Origin: a virus | Taxonomy: Duplodnaviria > Heunggongvirae > Uroviricota > Caudoviricetes | IMG/VR virus record: IMGVR_UViG_3300029922_000006 | Direction: 5' to 3' (one strand) | Length of the DNA stretch: 48,817 nt | In this document: positions 27,850-36,194 of the stretch, piece by piece | Layout of the letters: each line of letters opens with the position of its first letter | How positions within the stretch are numbered: position 1 is the stretch's first letter | The notes under the pieces: model-generated | What the model saw: only the letters and a program-made list of their open reading frames with translations | Database searches by the model: none | Told to the model about the DNA's origin: nothing | Translations under genes and position numbers: made by a program

Positions 27850-28440
27850 ATGAAGTTTTGCCCATCTTGCAATCAAGAAAAATCTAAGTTAGATTTCTAT
27901 ACAAATAAAAGAACACCTGATGGTGTCAGCTATACCTGCAAGTCTTGTATGTCCGCATATTCTAAACAGTATAGGGCCGACAATGAGGCTAGATTAGCAC
28001 AATTAAAGAAAAACTGGTATGTCGAGAATAAGGAAGAAGCTCTTGCTTATGCTGCTGAATACTATCAGCAGAATAAAGAAGAAATAATTAAAAAAGTAGT
28101 TAATTATCGCTCTAAGAGATTAAAAACCGATGTAGAGTTTCGATTACAGAAAAACTTGCGGCATAGGTTGGGTAAGCTACTAAAACAGCAATCTTCGTCT
28201 ATAGCTGTAACATTTCTAGGCTGTTCTTTAGAAGAGTTCAAACTTCATCTTGAGAGAAATTTTCAACCTGGTATGACTTGGGATAATTATGGGTCAAGAG
28301 GCTGGCATATAGATCATAAAATGCCCCTTTCGGCATTTAATCTTCAGAATGAAGAAGAAGTGAAGAAAGCTTGTCATTATAGCAATCTTCAGCCGCTCTG
28401 GTGGCAGGACAACCTTTCAAAGAGTAATAAGGTAGAATAG
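27850..28440 (+). CDS. HNH endonuclease (WHIDH family)
   Basis: CPSC/CKSC; LGCSLEEF; MTWDNYG..GWHIDH; NLQPLW. Confidence 0.85.
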   Translation: MKFCPSCNQEKSKLDFYTNKRTPDGVSYTCKSCMSAYSKQYRADNEARLAQLKKNWYVENKEEALAYAAEYYQQNKEEIIKKVVNYRSKRLKTDVEFRLQKNLRHRLGKLLKQQSSSIAVTFLGCSLEEFKLHLERNFQPGMTWDNYGSRGWHIDHKMPLSAFNLQNEEEVKKACHYSNLQPLWWQDNLSKSNKVE

Positions 28441-28444
28441 CTAC

Positions 28445-30439
28445 ATGGCATTATGGGACGACTGGATCAAAAAACAAATCAAGGGCGAAATTGACGAGCT
28501 GCTTAAAGCAGACGGCGTTTCTCTTCAAAATGAAACCCCTGCAACTGCACCTACTGGTATGGTTCAAGGTGCCTATACTGCGGACATTCTTCCGGATGGC
28601 AACACACTTCCAGATGGTTCTAAAGACATCGGTCGTAAGTCGCTGATCGATGACCCGTACTTCGACAACCTGACAACTCAGGTTAACTATAAACACAAGC
28701 TGTCGCGTCTTACTAACCGGATGCTTAAAGAAGTATCTATCCGTGACTGGTTGGTCTCATCGATCATCCAAGCCCGTGTTGATACCCTTTTGCGCTTCTC
28801 GCGTCCCGAGCACCGTCGCCATGAGATGGGTTTCCGCTTTGTTAAGAAAGACCATAACGCTGAGTACACTCAAGATGAGCTTGGCGAAATTGCAGCATTA
28901 GAAGACTTCATCTACCACTGCGGCCGTAAAGAAGGAACCCCTGTCGAAGATCGCATGATGTTCGGCGAATTCCTTAAGCTGATCGTGCGTGATGCTCTTA
29001 CTTTCGGTCACGTTGCTATTGAAAAAGTTAAGACACGTAAGGGTGGATTGCACCGCTTCCGTCCATTGCCAGCTGAGTCCCTTTACCTGATCAACCGTCG
29101 CATGTCGAAGGAACAAGTAAAACAAGAAGACAAAGCTGCCAATAATACTTACCGCGTACCGGTAAGCGATAACGATCCTAAGCAGAACCAAGAGATCAAT
29201 GATGTAATTCCTGAGTTCTATAAGTACGTACAGATGTCGTACAACATGCAGCCTATTGCTCACTTCGGTGAGGAAGATCTTATTTTTAAGAACTTTAATC
29301 CGCAAAACTTTGCAGATTCAAACGGTTATTGCTACTCTCCTTTGGAGTTGGCGATCATCAACATCACTAACCACTTGAACGTAGAGAATTACAATGCTAA
29401 CTTCTTTACTCATGGTTATGCTGCACGAGGCGTTCTCCACTTAAAGGGAACTGTTACTCAGTCTCAGCTGATGAACTTCCGTCGTCAGTTCTATAACACC
29501 ATCTCTGGTCAGCAGCACGCTTGGCGTACTCCGATCGTTGCTGGTCTTGATGAAGTTCAATGGGTACCAATGTCTGGTTCGGCGAAGGAGATGGAATACA
29601 TCAACTTCAACAACCACTTAATGCGTATCGTTTGCGCTCAGTTCCAGATTGATCCAGTAGAGCTTGGTTTAGATTATCTCGTATCTGCTAATGGTAAATC
29701 ACCTGCGCAGCAGTCGAACAACGAATACAAGATCACCTACTCTCGTGAGCGCGGTCTCTATCCGATCATGATGAACATCGAAGATCTCATTAACGGTGAG
29801 ATCCTTCCTGGTGTTGACAAGGACCTGGCTAACAAGTACAAGTTCACATTTACTGGCTACACAGACGAGACTCCTCAGACTGAAATTGCACAAATGCAAG
29901 CTGAGATGACTGTTTGGAAGTCAATGAACGATCTTCTTATCCAGTCTCAAAAAGAGCGGTTGAAAACACCGGCCGGCGATCTTCCATTGAACCAGGCTTT
30001 CTGGGCCCTAGTCGAAAAGAATTACACTCGTGGTGAAATCCGTGAGATTTTCTTTGGAGACAAAGGTGCTGCAGAGCGTCGTGAGTTGCAATATATCCCT
30101 GGAGATCCAGCATTCATGTCTTGGCAGCAAACTATCCTGGCTATTGACTCTGCTAAAGAGCAAAAAGAACAGGCTGCACAACAACAGACTGCTGAGCAAC
30201 AGCAACAAGCAATGCAAATGAAGTTGCAAGAGCAACAGCATGGTCATGCTGAAGCTGGACACAAGCGTGATCAAGAGAAGCATGAAATGGAGATGGAACA
30301 ACTGAAGGCGCAAGCCGCAGCTGACGCCGTTCACCACGGCAACCCTCTCGCAGACGCTGCAAAGCAATTCGGAGCTTCGGGAAGTTCTAATATTGGTGGT
30401 AAAGTTACTGCCAACCCGATCAATAAGTTAGATGAGTGA
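28445..30439 (+). CDS. portal protein
   Basis: VRDALTFG, YSPLE, NFFTHG..ARGVL, AWRTPI, KEMEY, FQIDPVELG; follows terminase; Gln-rich tail. Confidence 0.88.
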   Translation: MALWDDWIKKQIKGEIDELLKADGVSLQNETPATAPTGMVQGAYTADILPDGNTLPDGSKDIGRKSLIDDPYFDNLTTQVNYKHKLSRLTNRMLKEVSIRDWLVSSIIQARVDTLLRFSRPEHRRHEMGFRFVKKDHNAEYTQDELGEIAALEDFIYHCGRKEGTPVEDRMMFGEFLKLIVRDALTFGHVAIEKVKTRKGGLHRFRPLPAESLYLINRRMSKEQVKQEDKAANNTYRVPVSDNDPKQNQEINDVIPEFYKYVQMSYNMQPIAHFGEEDLIFKNFNPQNFADSNGYCYSPLELAIINITNHLNVENYNANFFTHGYAARGVLHLKGTVTQSQLMNFRRQFYNTISGQQHAWRTPIVAGLDEVQWVPMSGSAKEMEYINFNNHLMRIVCAQFQIDPVELGLDYLVSANGKSPAQQSNNEYKITYSRERGLYPIMMNIEDLINGEILPGVDKDLANKYKFTFTGYTDETPQTEIAQMQAEMTVWKSMNDLLIQSQKERLKTPAGDLPLNQAFWALVEKNYTRGEIREIFFGDKGAAERRELQYIPGDPAFMSWQQTILAIDSAKEQKEQAAQQQTAEQQQQAMQMKLQEQQHGHAEAGHKRDQEKHEMEMEQLKAQAAADAVHHGNPLADAAKQFGASGSSNIGGKVTANPINKLDE

Positions 30440-30455
30440 GTTATATGTTTATAGA

Positions 30456-30565
30456 GGTCGCATGGTTTCATATAGAGACTATGCGGCCTACTGTCAAGTA
30501 CTCCGGGTATTATTTCGTCTAGAGGTTATAGACGAACAAGTAGTACTTGATTCCGTTCTGGAGTT
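30456..30565 (+). ncRNA. putative structured RNA element downstream of portal
   Basis: 14-bp hairpin with G:U pairs (30456-30488); nested helices 30494-30502/30542-30550 and 30514-30521/30529-30536. Confidence 0.4.
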
Positions 30566-30607
30566 CATACCGTTCTTTGTATAATCTCTTCTGATGAGGA
30601 GATTTCA

Positions 30608-31456
30608 ATGTCGTTAGTAATACTTGAAGGATTAGACCGTACCGGGAAATCTACAATTGCCGACTATTTCGAAACCCTCGGTTTTGAAAAGCTTCACATG
30701 TCTGCTCCTCCAAAAGGCACGACATCAGACCAATACCTGCAAGACATCGTTGAGTTAGTTTCTTCTGCTGCAAACAAAGATATGGTTCTTGACCGTTCTC
30801 ACTATGGTGAGTTGGTATGGCCACAGGTTTATGGACGTAAAGCTCTTCTCGACGACGAGGCAATTGAAATGATCCGTGAGATCGAGCAATCAGTTGGCGT
30901 TCAACGCCTCTGGCTGACAGATGATGATCTGAAGGGTCACTGGCAGCGTTGCGTCGACAATAAGGAGCCTTTGGACAAGGCCCAATTCACTCGCGCACGT
31001 GGACTGTTCTCGTCAATGGCACAGCAGTATGGATTTGAGAAAGTAACGTTACAGACGTTCCTGAAACAGTTCCCAGATGCACAGTCTATTGTAGACGCAC
31101 AGAAAGCAACAGCTTTAGAAACTAAAACTTATCAGGTTACTGGTTCTGGCGATCAGCAAGTAACTACAGAAGTAGATACAACTAAGGTTGTTTCATCTAC
31201 TGTAGCTAAGTATCCAGGCAAGAGCCCAGAGCAACACAAACTTGAAGTTGCTAACGCAATTAACGGTATTCTTGCAAAGCCTATCCTCAAAAGCAAAGCT
31301 GCAGTGTATATTGATCTGGAGAATGAAGTTCGTAACTTCCTCACGACCAAACTAGGCAAGCTTCTTGGTGGACAGCAAGAGACTTCTTTGACTAACGAAG
31401 AAGTAAAGTTCTATAAAGAGATGTATAAAAGAGCTATGACTAAAGGAGCAAACTAA
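30608..31456 (+). CDS. thymidylate-kinase-like P-loop nucleotide kinase
   Basis: ILEGLDRTGKST, VLDRSHYGELVW. Confidence 0.8.
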   Translation: MSLVILEGLDRTGKSTIADYFETLGFEKLHMSAPPKGTTSDQYLQDIVELVSSAANKDMVLDRSHYGELVWPQVYGRKALLDDEAIEMIREIEQSVGVQRLWLTDDDLKGHWQRCVDNKEPLDKAQFTRARGLFSSMAQQYGFEKVTLQTFLKQFPDAQSIVDAQKATALETKTYQVTGSGDQQVTTEVDTTKVVSSTVAKYPGKSPEQHKLEVANAINGILAKPILKSKAAVYIDLENEVRNFLTTKLGKLLGGQQETSLTNEEVKFYKEMYKRAMTKGAN

Positions 31457-32025
31457 TGAAGGGTTTTCGTGTACCGCCTCAGCCTAACAAGAAAGAGGCA
31501 CAACAAGCAGTTCAAACTGAGTTGGCTAATATCCAAATGGCTAGTCGCATCTCGCAGATGATGACACAGCAATTGATGGAAAACGTCAAGAACATGAAGC
31601 AAGACCTCGGTGGAGCGCTTCAGCAGTTGATGGAAGTTCAATATAAGTTGAAAGCTATTCAAAAGCATTTCAACCTCAATGAAGCAGAGTTGAATGAGCT
31701 CTCTAACGCTCAGCGCCTGGTTGATTTTAACGAAGCAGCAGATAACGCTGACGTTCGTGAAAACCTGGTGGCAGCTGATGCTATCAGTGAAGATTCAACG
31801 ATCACTATCACTTCTGTTGCAAAAAACGACAAAGGTGAGGATCAAGGCATCTTCCGCTCACGCCTTAAATTGTCCGAGTCTGGCGTTCCTGCTCTGATTC
31901 AAGACTTGCAAGGTAAAGGCGTTGGCGATAAAGTAACTGCTAAATTGAATGGTCTTGACCATGAAGTAGAAGTTCTCTCTATTCGTAATCCTTCGCCCTC
32001 AGCTTCGCTTGAGGTCGTACAGTAA
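31456..32025 (+). CDS. coiled-coil protein with C-terminal FKBP/GreA-C-like domain
   Basis: PALIQDLQGKGVGDKV...EVEVLSIR pattern. Confidence 0.45.
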   Translation: MKGFRVPPQPNKKEAQQAVQTELANIQMASRISQMMTQQLMENVKNMKQDLGGALQQLMEVQYKLKAIQKHFNLNEAELNELSNAQRLVDFNEAADNADVRENLVAADAISEDSTITITSVAKNDKGEDQGIFRSRLKLSESGVPALIQDLQGKGVGDKVTAKLNGLDHEVEVLSIRNPSPSASLEVVQ

Positions 32026-32432
32026 TGTCTAATACACCAGCTCAAAAGATGGATAAGAGATGTCCAAGACGTCTCGAAGACATGCCGGACAGCTGGTGTC
32101 CGCTTGCAGTTCTACGTTTAAAAGCTATCCGTAATGCAGGTCGTGAGCTAACTGAAGACGAAGAAGCGTTACTGCCCGGGTGTCCCTGGGCCGTAGACCA
32201 CCAGTTAGCTCACTATTGCTTCTTCGAATATCTTACTAAGTTTACCACAGAAAACTCGATCTCTGATATCGAGCTGGCAGGACTTCTTAATGTCTCGGTT
32301 GATACTGTTAAAAAGATTGAGAAGGGCGCTCTTACCAAGATGCGAGACCATAGCACCTTTTCAGATCTTAAAAAGGGTGGGGAACAAGTTGTTTCAGACT
32401 CCGATAGTCCGGACTATAAGATATACAGATGA
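32025..32432 (+). CDS. Cys-rich protein with sigma70 region-4-like HTH
   Basis: SDIELAGLLNVSVDTVKKIEKGALTKMR. Confidence 0.6.
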   Translation: MSNTPAQKMDKRCPRRLEDMPDSWCPLAVLRLKAIRNAGRELTEDEEALLPGCPWAVDHQLAHYCFFEYLTKFTTENSISDIELAGLLNVSVDTVKKIEKGALTKMRDHSTFSDLKKGGEQVVSDSDSPDYKIYR

Positions 32433-32599
32433 AATTATTTAAACTTTTTTTGGGAAGCAAACATATAAAGTTATATAAAGATCCACTAATATCTTTAATT
32501 GAATTATTAATGAAACTTGAATTACAGGCTGATATCGCATATCCGCCCATTAAACCTATTGATGTGCTTGGTAAATTTGAAGTAGAAGAGTTGATATGA
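32429..32599 (+). CDS. small hypothetical protein (56 aa, not in ORF track)
   Basis: ATGA overlap with the upstream stop; MKLFKLFLGSKHIKLYKDPL...KFEVEELI. Confidence 0.5.
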   Translation: MKLFKLFLGSKHIKLYKDPLISLIELLMKLELQADIAYPPIKPIDVLGKFEVEELI

Positions 32600-32636
32600 C
32601 TTACTTTTAAGCCAGTTAACATGATACAATAAAACC

Positions 32637-33273
32637 ATGTCAATTGGAATTTACTGTATTAGAAATATAGCAAATGATAAGCGTTATATAGGCTCTTCTA
32701 GAAATATAGAGGCCCGCTGGCGTGTTCACAAAAGTCATCTCCGTCATCGTAAGCATCACTCAGATCATCTTCAAAAGTCATACAATCTTGATAATTGTTT
32801 TTCTTATGAAATATTAGAGCATGTTGCTGATTTATCTAAGTTAGAAATAAGAGAACAATATTGGGTTGACTATTTTCAGTCATATAAAAGCGATTATGGC
32901 TACAATGCTGTAAAAACAGTATCTAAGATCGATCCACAAAGAATGCGTGAACGCTGGGCAAAACCGGGTGAAAAAGAAGCACAATCTGTTCGCATGAAAA
33001 CTATATGTTCTTCAGCTGAACATAAATTTAAGCTGTCTAATGGTCATATAGAATACTTTCGTGATCCTAATAATCGATTGAAAAAGTTAGAACAAATACC
33101 TCATAAAAAGATGGTTCGCCATATAGAATCTGGCAAGATCTATCTATCTATCTATTAATCAGGCAGCTAAGAGCTTAGGTGTTTCTATTGTTAAGATAAG
33201 AGATAGCGCTAATGGCAAAAGAAGGTCAAATGGTGGAATCTCATTTGAATGGGTAAATCATGAAGAAACGTAA
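32637..33273 (+). pseudogene. GIY-YIG homing endonuclease, frameshifted in its C-terminal NUMOD1-like HTH
   Basis: GIYCI...YIGSS; stop at 33158 follows (ATCT)4; removing one unit continues SINQAAKSLGVS...FEWVNHEET to 33273. Confidence 0.75.
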
Positions 33274-34930
33274 ACCTTTAGAAATTGATGGTGTTCTTGG
33301 TTCTGAGTTAAGAGATACTCAAGGCGAAATGCTGTCAGTTGAGGGTGCTGATATATCCGAATTAGAAGCTGGTCGTGGTCGCTGGAATGATAATCATGGT
33401 AAGGGCTTTTTTAATTCTATTGGTCGTATCACAAAAGCTAAAAAAATCTTTAAAAAAGAAGATTGCGAAGACGATAGGCAGAGATATTATTGGGATAAAA
33501 TCAAAGCACCATATATCTATGGGGCTGGATATCTTTATGATGATGACGACCATCCTAATGCCAAAGCCGCTGCTGCCATCTTACGTAACATCCATAAAGC
33601 AGATACACCGTTACAGTTGAAAGCTTCAGTTGAGGGTGGCGTCGTAGCGCGCGGCATTAAAGATCCATCTCTTTTAGCTAGAACAAAAATCCATTCCTGC
33701 GCTTTAACTTTTACTCCCGCGAATAATGCCACATTAATTGAACCCATGAGTCTTAAGAAGTCTCAGTATGATGAGATTGCCGATATGCTTCTAATCAAAT
33801 CGGTAATGCACTTGGCTCAGACAAACGTTCCATCGTTCCGTCATATTGCTAGAGATGCATCTGCTACTAAGGTACAGAACAATCTCGCCAAACTAGTTGA
33901 TTTAATGAAGGAATTAGGAATTGAAGGCGAGATCACCATACCTTCAAAAGAATCTATTCTTCGTAAAGCTTTAGAGCAAAAGATACAGTCGAATCTTGAA
34001 GAGATTCACGCTAAGATGGCTTCTCTAAAAAAAGAAGAACTAGAAAAAGCGAAGATGAAGAATGCTATGACTGCTGCCGGTATAGGCGCAGCAATGGCTC
34101 TAGCTCCATCGATGGTTTCTTCGAGTGAACCAAAGGTTCAAAAACAACCTGTCGTACAGCAGCAAGTTAATCCTAAGGTTGAATTAAACGATGTGTTAGC
34201 TAATACCAGCAAGCAGTATCCATTGCTTGGTGCTATTGCTAACGTTGAATCCTCAAATGGAAAGAACCTTCAGCATAAGACAATGAACGAAGGTATTCAC
34301 AAGGGAATGACTGCTGGTGGACCTTACGGAATGATGCCGCACTCTGCTGCATTTATCCTTCAAAAAGATCCAGAACTTGCTAAAAAGTACCCTAAGCTTT
34401 TAGCTTCGGCAAAAGATGTTAGCAAGCATCATAAAGATTTTACAGACGCCTTTAATAACGATCCGCAAGCCGCAGCCGACTTTGCAGTCGCCTTTTATAA
34501 GAGAAACAAAGGGAAGACTAAGTCCGACCAACAGTTGACTTACAGTTGGCTGAACGGTTTGAAGGGTTCGTGGGACAAATATAAAGAGGGCGGCGAACAA
34601 GCTCTCGATGAGCATCCTTATGTTCAGAATGTTATGAAGGAATATAGCAAACTGAAGCCTAAGAAAGCCGAGAAACCTAAGCAAGATAAGCCACTTAAGA
34701 AGGCTATGACTGCTGGGTATGGCGGTGGTGGAAGCCCTGGCGCTTTATCAGGTGGTGGAGTACTCCAAAGCGAAGCCTTGGACGAAGGACGGTCGAAACT
34801 AAAATATATTAGTTGCGATAATTGTGGAAAAGAGCAAGTCTACTCGAAACACCAGGTAAAATGTAGGGAGTGTGGTCACGGTATGAGTTTTGAAAAGCTC
34901 TATGGTGCCATGCGCGGTAACAAGAAGTAA
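33260..34930 (+). CDS. prohead protease polyprotein (protease + transglycosylase-like domain + capsid-arm mimic + Zn finger)
   Basis: RDTQGE, NDNH, ASVEG, CALTFTPAN (HK97-type protease pattern); AIANVESS..GPYGMMP; CDNC/CREC. Confidence 0.8.
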   Translation: MKKRKPLEIDGVLGSELRDTQGEMLSVEGADISELEAGRGRWNDNHGKGFFNSIGRITKAKKIFKKEDCEDDRQRYYWDKIKAPYIYGAGYLYDDDDHPNAKAAAAILRNIHKADTPLQLKASVEGGVVARGIKDPSLLARTKIHSCALTFTPANNATLIEPMSLKKSQYDEIADMLLIKSVMHLAQTNVPSFRHIARDASATKVQNNLAKLVDLMKELGIEGEITIPSKESILRKALEQKIQSNLEEIHAKMASLKKEELEKAKMKNAMTAAGIGAAMALAPSMVSSSEPKVQKQPVVQQQVNPKVELNDVLANTSKQYPLLGAIANVESSNGKNLQHKTMNEGIHKGMTAGGPYGMMPHSAAFILQKDPELAKKYPKLLASAKDVSKHHKDFTDAFNNDPQAAADFAVAFYKRNKGKTKSDQQLTYSWLNGLKGSWDKYKEGGEQALDEHPYVQNVMKEYSKLKPKKAEKPKQDKPLKKAMTAGYGGGGSPGALSGGGVLQSEALDEGRSKLKYISCDNCGKEQVYSKHQVKCRECGHGMSFEKLYGAMRGNKK

Positions 34931-35012
34931 CGGCTACGTGTTTAAGTCTAGGCACGTGGTATATTTAATAAGAAATTGAGTTGAAACTCAAATTGTAAAA
35001 GGAGATAACCTC

Positions 35013-35411
35013 ATGGCAAATTCTGTAGCTATTCTTAACAAGATGGCTCGTAACGCGACGATGCTCGGTCAGACTGTTGTGTCACAAAGTCAAACTGCAG
35101 TTGTAATCGCTAACGGTTCAAACAACCTCACAATCAGCTACGCTAATGCAGTATTCAGCCCCGCTGTTGTTGGTGGCGTTGATCCTACTGTTAGCCCGTA
35201 CCTTGGTATTGGTGTTGGCAACCCTGGTCAGCTGGTTCTCCAGTCTGCAACTGGAACGACTGTTCCGACTGTAATCGACGGAGCTATTGCAGCTCAAGTT
35301 CTTTGCATGTTGGCAGCTCTTGCTAACGACATCATCATCATGTCTGATGACGGTGTAACGCAACTCGCACGTATTCGTGGTCAAAGCGACATCATCGGCC
35401 TTGGTCAGTAA
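35013..35411 (+). CDS. putative head structural protein
   Basis: AGGAG SD; between protease and scaffold; small-residue beta-rich. Confidence 0.55.
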   Translation: MANSVAILNKMARNATMLGQTVVSQSQTAVVIANGSNNLTISYANAVFSPAVVGGVDPTVSPYLGIGVGNPGQLVLQSATGTTVPTVIDGAIAAQVLCMLAALANDIIIMSDDGVTQLARIRGQSDIIGLGQ

Positions 35412-35444
35412 TCTTAAACAGAACACTGATGAAAGGAGACGATC

Positions 35445-36176
35445 ATGGATAACAAACTTACTAAAAGCCTCACCGATCTAATCGACGAGACTCTGATGGA
35501 ACTTGACGAATTGCGTAAATCGCGTTTCGCCCCAGCTGAGATCAAAATCGAAGGTCCTGGTGCTGGTATCGACGGAAAGCCTTCTAATGGTGACCTTCAC
35601 GCTAAAGGTGAAGACGCTAAAGACGAAGACAAAGACGAAGATAAAAAAGACAAAGACATGGACAAAGGCGAAAACGAGCTTGCTGCAAAAGGCGAGAACG
35701 AAGAAGCCGCTAAGTCTGACAAAGATGACAAAAAAGACGATAAAGACGAAGACAAAAAAGATAAGAAAGACAAGGACGCCAAAGGCGGACAAGAGCACGA
35801 AGCTGAAGAGCGTAAGGCTATTGGAAAACTTGCTGACTTAGCTGATATGAAGAAATCTTTAGACGCTTCTGAGTCTCTTATGAAGAGCTATGTTGAAGAG
35901 CGCGTTGCTCCTCTCGAAGCTAAACTTTCTACGATCCTTGACTTAGTCAATAAGATTGCAGATCAGCCTGTTGCTCCTCGCGGTGCAACTGCTAGAACTA
36001 CCCCACTGTTGAAATCAGCAGATGAAGGTGATTCTGAACCACTAACAAAGGCTCAGGTAGCTTCCAAGCTATTTGAATTGAAAAAATCGGGTACTCGCGT
36101 TGACTCTTTAGATATTACTAAAGCTGAAATGGGACAGGACCTTAAACAAATCGCTAAGAAATACGAGATTTCGTAA
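35445..36176 (+). CDS. putative scaffolding protein
   Basis: Highly charged D/K low-complexity, coiled coil, many K-S/K-G/K-A sites; directly upstream of capsid. Confidence 0.7.
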   Translation: MDNKLTKSLTDLIDETLMELDELRKSRFAPAEIKIEGPGAGIDGKPSNGDLHAKGEDAKDEDKDEDKKDKDMDKGENELAAKGENEEAAKSDKDDKKDDKDEDKKDKKDKDAKGGQEHEAEERKAIGKLADLADMKKSLDASESLMKSYVEERVAPLEAKLSTILDLVNKIADQPVAPRGATARTTPLLKSADEGDSEPLTKAQVASKLFELKKSGTRVDSLDITKAEMGQDLKQIAKKYEIS

Positions 36177-36194
36177 TCAAAGGAGAATGCGAAA

